From positions 4,918 through 68,917 of the forward strand of contig JAJYWX010000007.1 in assembly GCA_021791275.1 (NCBI GenBank): DNA of 64,000 bases, written 5' to 3'. The notes under the pieces were generated by a model. It had not been told where the DNA came from. It did no database searches and saw only the letters and a program-made list of their open reading frames with translations. Positions 9,384 through 17,259 of the stretch are shown piece by piece. The stretch comes from a bacterium. Lineage in GTDB: Bacteria > Patescibacteriota > Dojkabacteria > JAKAPS01 > JAJZLI01. Within the stretch, counting starts at the first letter, position 1. The number at the start of each line of letters is the position of its first letter. The position numbers and the translations under genes are program-made.

Positions 9384-10694
9384 ATGTTGGAAAATTTAAA
9401 AAGAAATAAATGGTTATTTATTATAGTGATAGTACTTATTGCTATAGTTTTGGCTTTCTATTTCTTATATCAGAGCCCAAATCTTCAACCTGAAACCACA
9501 TATTATTATAGAACATATAATCAATATTCCAATAATCAAAAAAATAATGACATAATTTTAGGTTCTAATAACAATTTTATTTCAAAGGTAGTGTTTGATA
9601 AAAATTATGGAGGAGCTGGGTTTGATACAACTCCTGTAGTTTCTGGAGATGTGATATATGTTGGGACAATGAATAAATCAAATATGGGGGGAGGTTTGTA
9701 TGCAATTTCCAGATTAAATCATAAAGTTTTATGGTCAGATTCATTTTCTAACTGGATAATGACAAATCCTGTAGTAGTTCCAGAGCAAGGGTTAGTATAT
9801 ATAGGGTCTGGTAATAGTGTGAAATATGGTGTTCAGAGTAAAGGGGTATTATATAGAGGAACGGGTCCTAACTATGTATATGGAATAGCTCTTGATACAG
9901 GTAAGGTTGTTTGGAGATACTCTACGTTAGGACAAGACATGCCTACTCCTATTTATAATAAAGGAGTGTTGTATTTCGTAAATGGAAATAGAGAATTCTA
10001 TGCTTTAAATGCAACTTCTGGAAAATTAATTTGGAAAATATATGTTGGTTCAATTGTATCCATGAGTTCTCCTATACTTATTGGGAATAATGTATATTTT
10101 GGTGGAGCAGATCCTTATAAATTCTTTGATGTAAATATTAAAACAAGAAAAATTCAGTGGGAGACTAGTTTTCCGAAAATCACAGGAGGATTAGATGATA
10201 CAACTCCAGCATACTACAAAGGATATCTTTATACCAATGCTACTATGCTAACTAATAAATCTCAAAATAAGGGTAATGAATATTTATATAAAATAAATGC
10301 ATCCAATGGAACTATTGTATGGTCTCTTAATGAGGGTAATGGAGTTATAAACCTTCCTACTGATCCTATGGAGGGATCAGTTCCAACAATACAAGGGAAT
10401 GTAATATATACAGGGTCAAATACCAGAAGAATGATATTTGCTGTTAATATAGATACACATAAGATACTTTGGACATATAAGATTCATGGAATGATAAATG
10501 CTCCATTTGTTATAATTAAAAATCTAGTGTATGCAGTAACTGGAGATGGTAATATCTATGTATTATCCAAAAAAGATGGTGAATTTATAGCTAAAAGAAC
10601 ATTAGGTGGGCCAGAGATTGCTAGTGGTTTAAGTTTTTATTCTGGTGAATTTTATGTTACAACAGGAAATGGTAATCTTTATATATTAGATTGA
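9384..10694 (+). CDS. PQQ-like beta-propeller repeat protein (BamB-like fold), membrane-anchored
   Basis: N-terminal TM segment, then repeated 'G.vY.G...G.lYAl...tGk..W' blades (VIYVGTMN..GGLYAIS..HKVLWS; FYALNATSGKLIWK; IYVLSKKDGEFI). Confidence 0.6.
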   Translation: MLENLKRNKWLFIIVIVLIAIVLAFYFLYQSPNLQPETTYYYRTYNQYSNNQKNNDIILGSNNNFISKVVFDKNYGGAGFDTTPVVSGDVIYVGTMNKSNMGGGLYAISRLNHKVLWSDSFSNWIMTNPVVVPEQGLVYIGSGNSVKYGVQSKGVLYRGTGPNYVYGIALDTGKVVWRYSTLGQDMPTPIYNKGVLYFVNGNREFYALNATSGKLIWKIYVGSIVSMSSPILIGNNVYFGGADPYKFFDVNIKTRKIQWETSFPKITGGLDDTTPAYYKGYLYTNATMLTNKSQNKGNEYLYKINASNGTIVWSLNEGNGVINLPTDPMEGSVPTIQGNVIYTGSNTRRMIFAVNIDTHKILWTYKIHGMINAPFVIIKNLVYAVTGDGNIYVLSKKDGEFIAKRTLGGPEIASGLSFYSGEFYVTTGNGNLYILD

Positions 10695-11143
10695 TATTGT
10701 CTATTTCTTCGCCTATGTTCCTTATCTTTTAAATAATCCTCCATTGCTTTATTATATTCTATAGTTCTTGTTTTGCTTAATAAATATTCTATTTCTTCCA
10801 AATATACTTCTCTTTCCAAATCATCTTCTACAACTTTTCCATCTACAGATAAGGCTAAATTATGAAGAGATATTCTATATACTCCATCTCTAAATTTAAC
10901 TATTAGGACTTTCATATCATCTGGATTACCTTTGTTATAGTATGCTTTTATTGCTATATCTTCACTTTTTTCTCCATCTGCAAATATTAATCTAGATTCT
11001 TTTGATGAATCTAGTCCAGGATCAGTAACGGTTTTTACTCCTAAATCTTCTTCTAATAATTTTCTTGCATAAGAAGATATTTTTTCCAATGTAGATGGAT
11101 TAAGTTTTTCTAGATTTTCTATAGATTCTATATTGTTTGTCAT
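10679..11143 (-). CDS. Hypothetical protein
   Basis: 154-aa acidic ORF; no motif recognised. Confidence 0.35.
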   Translation of the reverse strand: MTNNIESIENLEKLNPSTLEKISSYARKLLEEDLGVKTVTDPGLDSSKESRLIFADGEKSEDIAIKAYYNKGNPDDMKVLIVKFRDGVYRISLHNLALSVDGKVVEDDLEREVYLEEIEYLLSKTRTIEYNKAMEDYLKDKEHRRRNRQYQSNI

Positions 11144-11381
11144 AATCTATACATTCTAACATACCTTATAGTAATTGTCGATATTCAAATGGGATTATTT
11201 AGATAATAAATTTTTATTAATTTCTAATTTAGATTGAAATCTATATTGGTTAAAAAAAGATTAAATATATAACAAAATTATTATCTATTCATTAAATGAG
11301 ATTTGATATTTTAATTTGAATCTTTACTATATGTTTATAATTGTATACAATATCATGTAGTAGAATATAAATTTCAAGGGG

Positions 11382-11609
11382 GTGATTTATATGAAATTAG
11401 CAAAATTTATGGCTAGTGCAGCAGGCAGATGGCTTAGGATTATCGTAGGTTTGATATTAATATTAGTAGGTCTATTTGAGATCCATGGTGCAGTAGGTAT
11501 TATTGTAGCAATAATAGGCTTAATTGTTTTATTAGCAGGAGCATTTAACTTCTGTTTAATAGCACCAATATTAGGATGCCCACTTAAGGGTTCAGATTTA
11601 AAAAATTGA
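11382..11609 (+). CDS. DUF2892 (YgaP-like) small membrane protein
   Basis: MASAAGRWLRIIVGLILILVGLF... matches the DUF2892 'GR-RI-G-lLi' signature with two TM segments. Confidence 0.5.
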   Translation: MIYMKLAKFMASAAGRWLRIIVGLILILVGLFEIHGAVGIIVAIIGLIVLLAGAFNFCLIAPILGCPLKGSDLKN

Positions 11610-11680
11610 AATTAAGTCTGCTGATATTTATTAAGGAGCAACGTATCAATCTGATAATTTGCTCCTCATTTTTTATAGAA

Positions 11681-12050
11681 TAATCACCCTTCAGGAGAAT
11701 TCAATCTATTATTTCTTTTACTTTGTCTTGAGTGACAGGATTTACTAATTGGATAAGCTTAACAATGCCATATGCAATTACTAGATATACAAACATGGCA
11801 ATTAAAGTTGACCACTCAAATACAGAGTTATATGTCACCGTTACATGGAATATACTGGAGAATGGTTGAGAAAAAACATTACTGGTAGCGTATATAAAAC
11901 TCACAAAACCACTACCAGGATTTGCAGCTGTGAGTTTTAATATAAATCTCAAGGCTAGTAATATCTCAACTACTTCTAGAATATATCAGACTAATTGGTA
12001 TATCCTAAAAATAACTTTTTTTGTTTTATAGTTGCTTTCAGTGTAAGTAG
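11681..12050. repeat. Direct repeat copy A (~370 bp, intact)
   Basis: Near-identical to 13325-13590, except that copy B lacks about 11818-11914. The deleted segment is bounded by 'accact' microhomology. Confidence 0.7.
11701..11952 (-). CDS. Small hypothetical membrane protein, lying entirely within direct-repeat copy A
   Basis: 83-aa ORF. A 97-bp-deleted pseudo-copy of the same sequence occurs at 13325-13590. Confidence 0.35.
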   Translation of the reverse strand: MRFILKLTAANPGSGFVSFIYATSNVFSQPFSSIFHVTVTYNSVFEWSTLIAMFVYLVIAYGIVKLIQLVNPVTQDKVKEIID

Positions 12051-12344
12051 GGTTTTTAGTTTCTGTATTCTCTGTGTTATTATCCATATGATTATAAATA
12101 TATCATAGTCTTTATCTATATCAATGTCAACTAAATATAGAGTGGCATTTTTTTTGCTGTTTCAAAGCCATATTATGTCAATAAAATATCCCAGAGTTTT
12201 TATATATTTTCGGTATTTGTTGCAAATAGCAGAAGAAATTCCCTGCTATTTGTATAATATGGCTTATCCAATTTTGAATATCTAGGTTCAACTGAGGAAG
12301 GTAAAAACAGTAATCTGAAAGAGACTACTCTTAGAATATTATAG

Positions 12345-12497
12345 GAAAACGGCAAGCTGTTCCTAAAGGAGTTGTTAGATCTACTGACTAAGGCAGGAGG
12401 AACAATTTTGTCGGATACAAGCTATTTTAGAGGTTGGACAAATAAATTAATTCTTCTAAGAAAGAGTAGGGATATACTTGCGATTTACTACTTGTAG
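12345..12497 (+). pseudogene. Gene remnant (50-codon open frame with no start codon)
   Basis: Translation ENGKLFLKELLDLLTKAGGTILSDTSYFRGWTNKLILLRKSRDILAIYYL* looks protein-like. It is preceded by an in-frame stop, sits in GC-richer non-coding DNA inside the repeat-bracketed segment, and its identity is unknown. Confidence 0.25.
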
Positions 12498-12549
12498 AGA
12501 ATGTTAATTTAGAATGGCACCCTGTCGTGGACAAAGTTATAACCAAGAT

Positions 12550-12969
12550 TTAGAAATAAAATTTAAATTTATAATTTTTATTAAGTATGTTAAAATCTGT
12601 TAAATCAAAAGTGAGTATAGTATTTGTATCAAAATATTTTAAAGATGTAATTATTGAACAATCAACAAAGCTTATATTTTTATAATTTATATCTTTAAAA
12701 ATATTCCAAGTTATATTAAAATCTTTTTCTGAAAATTTTAAAAAAGATACATCTTTTTCTGACAAAATATCCTCTCCTATCCTCATTGAGATATCTTTGC
12801 TAATTTTTTGAGATATTATTGTTACGATTTCAATAAATACTAAATTGTTTATACAGAGTACATCTCCATTCATATCTATTCTATTTGATATCTGAATAGC
12901 TTTTTTATGTAACGTATCATTTGGATTAGCTAGAGCTATGAAATAATTAGAATCAGCTATTATATTCAT
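12550..12969 (-). CDS. vapC: PIN-domain toxin VapC
   Basis: N-terminal IADSNYFIAL (first acidic residue), VDCSII and TFDLTDF acidic motifs; 139 aa; translationally coupled to the upstream antitoxin. Confidence 0.65.
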   Translation of the reverse strand: MNIIADSNYFIALANPNDTLHKKAIQISNRIDMNGDVLCINNLVFIEIVTIISQKISKDISMRIGEDILSEKDVSFLKFSEKDFNITWNIFKDINYKNISFVDCSIITSLKYFDTNTILTFDLTDFNILNKNYKFKFYF

Positions 12970-13208
12970 TTATATAAATATTCATCCGTATTAGATGCAA
13001 GGTCTTTTGGAGCTTTAATATTTTTCTTTTGAGCTTCTTTTACTATAGATAATGCCCATTGTCCAGATTGTTTTGATTTTATATCTTTAAATAATTCTTT
13101 ATTAATTATTTCTCTTATAATTTGAGATACATTCTTATTGTTATTATAAGATAATTCTTTTAACTTATTTAATTGTTTTTTTTCCAGATATATTTGATTT
13201 CTAATCAT
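12966..13208 (-). CDS. vapB: VapB-like antitoxin (putative ribbon-helix-helix/CopG type)
   Basis: 80-aa basic protein (IYLEKKQLNKLKELS...). Its stop overlaps the start of the downstream PIN-domain gene by 4 bp. Confidence 0.5.
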   Translation of the reverse strand: MIRNQIYLEKKQLNKLKELSYNNNKNVSQIIREIINKELFKDIKSKQSGQWALSIVKEAQKKNIKAPKDLASNTDEYLYK

Positions 13209-13324
13209 AATTTATATTATATACACCGGGGTGTATATTGTCAATGGTGTTGTTATAGGTAGTAAATATTTATTATGATAACAATATTATATATCTGATT
13301 CATACAATATTTTTTTATAGAACA

Positions 13325-13590
13325 ATCACTCCACAGGAGGAATTTAATCTGTTGTTACTTTTACCTTTTTTCAAGTGACAGGATTTACTAGTTGGATAAG
13401 CTTAACAATTCCGCATGCAATTACTAAGTATACAAATATGGCAATTAAAGTTGACCACTCCCAGGATTTGCAACTGTGAGTTTTAATATAAATCTCAAGG
13501 CTAGTAATATCTCAACTATTTCTAGAATATATCAGACTAATTGGTATGTCATAAAAATAACTTTTTTGTTTTGTAGTTGCTTTCGGTGTT
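13325..13590. repeat. Direct repeat copy B (~265 bp, internally deleted)
   Basis: Aligns base-for-base with 11681-12050 apart from a 97-bp internal deletion and a few substitutions. The copy of the 83-aa ORF is disrupted. Confidence 0.7.
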
Positions 13591-13621
13591 GGTAAATCTT
13601 AGAAAGTTGTGAGCATAGGGG

Positions 13622-14221
13622 TTGAAGTTAATATTTGAAAATAATTTTAAGGAGTTGTATAATCGGGTTATGATTTTTTTTGAAAAAGATGTGACACCAG
13701 AACAACGTAAAGAGAAGTGGTTATCCGAGTTGAGTGAGTTTATCGTAGAAGCTAATGGTAAGACTTGGGCGGCTGATGGCGCTAAAGTAGAACCACAAAG
13801 GCCAGGTTATAAGGAACTAGAGTATCATAATGGACTTTGGGTGTTGCGGGATAGCTACACTGGTTACTTTAGAGCACCAGGTATGGTCACTGTTTACTAT
13901 AAAGATACCCCTGCCTGGGCTATGCAGTACGGGGGTCATGGCCAGACTGAGGGGCATGAAGCTCATGCCAAGCAAACCTTTGACTTTTTAAAAAAAGCAC
14001 TTATGCAAGCTAATGCGGGGCTCCCGTTTAGAGGGCCAGAGGAATATGTAGAGGGAGATAAAGTGTATCGCTTTGCTATGGTTTCTGGCGGTATTGAAGA
14101 AGGTTTATGGAGAGAAGAAATCACAGAGAAAGGAGAATTAACATTTACTCAAACTGGTATCGTAGGCATTGTGATTGGTAAAGATTCTGATAGGCGACCA
14201 GTATATCCTTGGGATTTCTGA
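13622..14221 (+). CDS. DUF5680-like protein; GC-rich and compositionally foreign
   Basis: LEYHNGLWVLRDSYTGYFRAPGMVTVYYKDTPAWAMQYGGHGQ resembles the DUF5680 core. Local GC is about 45% against about 28% background. Confidence 0.45.
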   Translation: MKLIFENNFKELYNRVMIFFEKDVTPEQRKEKWLSELSEFIVEANGKTWAADGAKVEPQRPGYKELEYHNGLWVLRDSYTGYFRAPGMVTVYYKDTPAWAMQYGGHGQTEGHEAHAKQTFDFLKKALMQANAGLPFRGPEEYVEGDKVYRFAMVSGGIEEGLWREEITEKGELTFTQTGIVGIVIGKDSDRRPVYPWDF

Positions 14222-14275
14222 CTCATTCTTTTCAAAGTTATTCTTTAGCTTATTTTTTTCTTGATTATCTTCGTA

Positions 14276-14479
14276 CTATTCAAAACCTACTATATCAGAC
14301 AAGTCTATATTAACATCCATATGTATATTGTCATACATTGCATGAGTTACATACATATGAGAATTTGGATGTAAAAAGTTTAAAAGTGATTGCATTGGTA
14401 TTCTTAATATTTCATCTTCAATCATTGGAATGAATGCATCTCTACACGGATTAAGCATTTTAGTTTGGATAAAAATCAA
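14276..14479 (-). CDS. Hypothetical small protein
   Basis: 67-aa ORF; weak support. Confidence 0.2.
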   Translation of the reverse strand: MIFIQTKMLNPCRDAFIPMIEDEILRIPMQSLLNFLHPNSHMYVTHAMYDNIHMDVNIDLSDIVGFE

Positions 14480-14559
14480 ATTCTCCTAGTATTGGACAAA
14501 GTTAGAACCAAAATTAGTAAGAGTATATATAATAATATTATTATTTGATATAATGAAAT

Positions 14560-14715
14560 TATGAAAAAAAATAGTATTAATAATAAAAAATTAAAAGCTC
14601 TTGCTGAGAAAATACCTGAATCTAGAAGAATTCTTATAGAATATGCAGTGAGAAGAACAATCAAAGAATATGGCAATGCTTTAAAAAAACTTTCCAAAGA
14701 ATAGTTGGTTTATGA
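14560..14715 (+). CDS. Candidate Phd-like antitoxin; small ORF not in the supplied track
   Basis: Hand translation gives MKKNSINNKKLKALAEKIPESRRILIEYAVRRTIKEYGNALKKLFQRIVGL*. Its TGA overlaps the ATG of the Doc gene (ATGA, 14712-14715), the arrangement typical of type II TA pairs. Confidence 0.35.
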
Positions 14716-15161
14716 ATAATAAATTTTTAACCCTAGAAGAACTCCAGTATATATATGAGTATACAATAGACAATTATACTTATGATGAACCTTTAGATCC
14801 TTTTAATACCGCTAATTTTAATAAATTAGAAAGTGCTTTATATTCTCCTAAAAGACAATATTTTAATGTTACATTATATCCAACACTAGAAATTCAAGCC
14901 AGTGTATTGTTTTATGAGATTATAAAATTACATCCATTTATTAATGGGAATAAGAGGGTAGCATGTGTTGCTTTATTAACATTTTTAGCAATTAATGAAT
15001 TTTGGATAAATATGAAGTGGGAGGTATTATATGAATTAGCAAAAAATGTTGCTGCATCTGATTCACAAGATAGAAATATGATTCAAGAAGAAATTGCACA
15101 AATAATAAAAAATAATATAAATAGGATAAGTTTGGAAAATTTTATTAGCGGATTGCAATAA
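14712..15161 (+). CDS. doc: Doc (death-on-curing)/Fic-family toxin
   Basis: Fic/Doc core motif HPFINGNKRVA (HPFxxGNKR); 149 aa. Confidence 0.7.
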   Translation: MNNKFLTLEELQYIYEYTIDNYTYDEPLDPFNTANFNKLESALYSPKRQYFNVTLYPTLEIQASVLFYEIIKLHPFINGNKRVACVALLTFLAINEFWINMKWEVLYELAKNVAASDSQDRNMIQEEIAQIIKNNINRISLENFISGLQ

Positions 15162-15183
15162 TTATTATATAGAGATTTTTGAA

Positions 15184-15750
15184 ATGTATCCTGGGATTTT
15201 ATTTTGTTTATTGAGTGTATATATGTTTTTTATTGGATTCTACTGTATAATATTTGATAAGTCATTATTAGATTTACATAAATATTTTAAAGATAATTAT
15301 TATAAAGCTTATAATGCTTTTGTTGCTAAATTAATTTCTGAGTCTCTTGAAATGAGTGAATATATAGTTATATTAGCAGATGATGTAAGTACACCAAAAG
15401 ATGATAATTTTGAGAAAGAAATTAAAAATAAGGCAAAAACAAAAACAAGGAGAAATGCATTATTTGGGATATGTAGAGTTGAATCTCATGCTATTAGTGA
15501 AATACAATTAGTAGATGTACTTCTTGGTATTACAGCATATTCTTTTAAGATTAAATATGGAATAGTTAATCCTAATAAACATAATCCTAAATTCCAATTA
15601 ATGAAATATTTACAAAAACAGCTAAATATAGATAAGCTATCTATTGCAAATGAATATTCTTTAAGATTTGGAAAGAAATTTTCAATTAAAGAATTCAGAG
15701 GAAATATTACAAATAAAACAGGTGGCGATTTGAACCCAACTGCAAACTAG
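15184..15750 (+). CDS. DUF3800-domain protein (true start may be the internal ATG near 15223)
   Basis: C-terminal RVESHAISEIQLVDVLLG matches the DUF3800 'ESH..S..lQlaD' block. IIFDKS near the N-terminus may be the degenerate DESG block. Confidence 0.45.
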   Translation: MYPGILFCLLSVYMFFIGFYCIIFDKSLLDLHKYFKDNYYKAYNAFVAKLISESLEMSEYIVILADDVSTPKDDNFEKEIKNKAKTKTRRNALFGICRVESHAISEIQLVDVLLGITAYSFKIKYGIVNPNKHNPKFQLMKYLQKQLNIDKLSIANEYSLRFGKKFSIKEFRGNITNKTGGDLNPTAN

Positions 15751-15897
15751 TGCAAGTTCACGCATTTCCACCTTTATAAGTATATCATATTTTATGAAAT
15801 TATTAAATCTAAGGTACAAGTAATTATTAGATGTTACTTATAAGAAATGAATTTTTGATAAAATTATAAATATATTATATAACATTATTATAAAATT

Positions 15898-15969
15898 CTC
15901 CTCGGCCAGGATTCGAACCTGGAACCTTCTCGTTAACAGCGAGCAGCTCTACCGTTGAGCTACCGAGGA
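15898..15969 (-). tRNA. tRNA-Asn (GTT)
   Basis: The reverse complement folds as a cloverleaf: acceptor TCCTCGG/CCGAGGA, D-arm GCTC/GAGC, anticodon loop CTGTTAA (U33, GTT, A37), T-arm CCAGG-TTCGAAT-CCTGG, discriminator G. No CCA is encoded. Confidence 0.85.
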
Positions 15970-16006
15970 ATATTAATAAACAGAGCTTATTATATATATA
16001 TTCTTT

Positions 16007-17256
16007 TCAAATTTCAATAATTGCTGTAGTGCCAATATTTTCCTTACTTTTAATAAATATTTTGCCCCCAAGTATATTGATAAATCTTTTTGACAGGTAC
16101 AGTCCAAGAACAGTTTTTTTTGATTTATCAGAAGAATTTTCAAATTTTTCAAATATATGCCCCATTTTTCTTGCAGGGATACCCCCTGCATGATCTTTAA
16201 TTTTTATATAAATTTTATTCTCTTTAGAATTAGTATGTATATAAATACTCTCACCATCTTTAGAAAATTTTACAGAGTTATCAAGTAAGTTAAATATTGA
16301 ATCAGATAATTTATCTGGATCTGTTGTTATTTTTATATCAAAAGTTCTTGGTTTAAATATTATATTTATATTTTTTTACTTGCCTTTTTAATTATTCTTT
16401 CAACAGTTTTTAAAATTTCATCATTTAAATTAAATTCAACATTATTTATAAATATTCTATTAAGATCCAATCTAGATACATTTAAAAGATTTTCAATCAA
16501 CTTAGTTAAATCATCGGTTATAATTATTAGCTTGTCTATTTCAGATATAATCTCTTCGTTAAGTGTTTTATATGAAGGGTCAAGTGTTATAAGTTGAAGA
16601 TATCCCCTTACTGCAGCTATTGGGGTTCTTAGCTCATGAGATGTTGTTGAGATGAATTCATCTTTATCTTTATTAATTTTATCTATTTTTTCCCTATTCT
16701 CTTTTTCAAATTCATATTTCTGTGTAATTGAGGATGTGAAATTTATTATAGACTTCGCCTCATAACTTATTAGTATAGATATTGTAACTGTTGCAAACTC
16801 CATCATGATAGCAGTAGATGAAAAATCATGCATAATAATTATATATAGTATATTTATTATTACTATAGCGATATTAAATAATATAATGTGTATTCTCTCA
16901 GAGTTTACTACTATATATTCAAACAGTATTATAAAATATATAAGAACTAGAGGACTTTTAACACCTCCAATATAGAAATATATTGGTATAATACTTAAGA
17001 ATATAAAAATTAATTCTAGAGAATTCTTACTTTTTGATACTTTTTTCGTAATAATGTGAAACACCACATAGATTATTATTAAAAGTATCGCACTTATAAT
17101 CGCTTCTAAATCTAGATAAGATACTGTTTTTAATATATTTGATACTAAGTATATTAAAAATATTACACCTATAAATATTATAAGAGTATTTTTTATCATG
17201 TAAGATATATTTATATCTTTTTCTCTTTCTATATCTTTTCTAATTCGATCTTCCAT
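16007..17256 (-). pseudogene. Sensor histidine kinase disrupted by a frameshift at an A7 homopolymer (minus-strand sense; T7 at 16371-16377 on +)
   Basis: The 296-aa ORF (16366-17256) has a 7-TM sensor and HisKA H-box SHELRTPIAAVRGY, then stops at 16366. The HATPase_c domain (NLLDNSVKFS; DHAGGIP; GLGL) continues in another frame to the TGA at 16007-16009. Adding one A to the run fuses the frames: ...KKASKKNINIIFKPRT... Confidence 0.65.
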
Positions 17257-17259
17257 AAA

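Noticed and set aside
14476-14697. 73-aa minus-strand ORF (poly-Ile/Leu)
   Set aside because: It is a low-complexity product of AT-rich sequence. The plus strand here carries a more plausible Phd-like ORF coupled to doc.
15722-15780. tRNA-like fragment ('GGTGGCGATTTGAACCCAACTGCA...CCACC') at the 3-prime end of the DUF3800 ORF, considered as a partial tRNA/att duplicate
   Set aside because: No acceptable T-arm or acceptor pairing can be drawn, and it is not a copy of the tRNA-Asn 3-prime half. It is probably coding sequence plus chance resemblance.
15973-16191. 72-aa ORF (MQGVSLQEKWG...) from the ORF track
   Set aside because: It is an alternative frame across the out-of-frame HATPase_c domain of the frameshifted histidine kinase. 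The HATPase frame (…DHAGGIPARKMGHIFEKF…GLYLSKRF…) is the biologically meaningful one.
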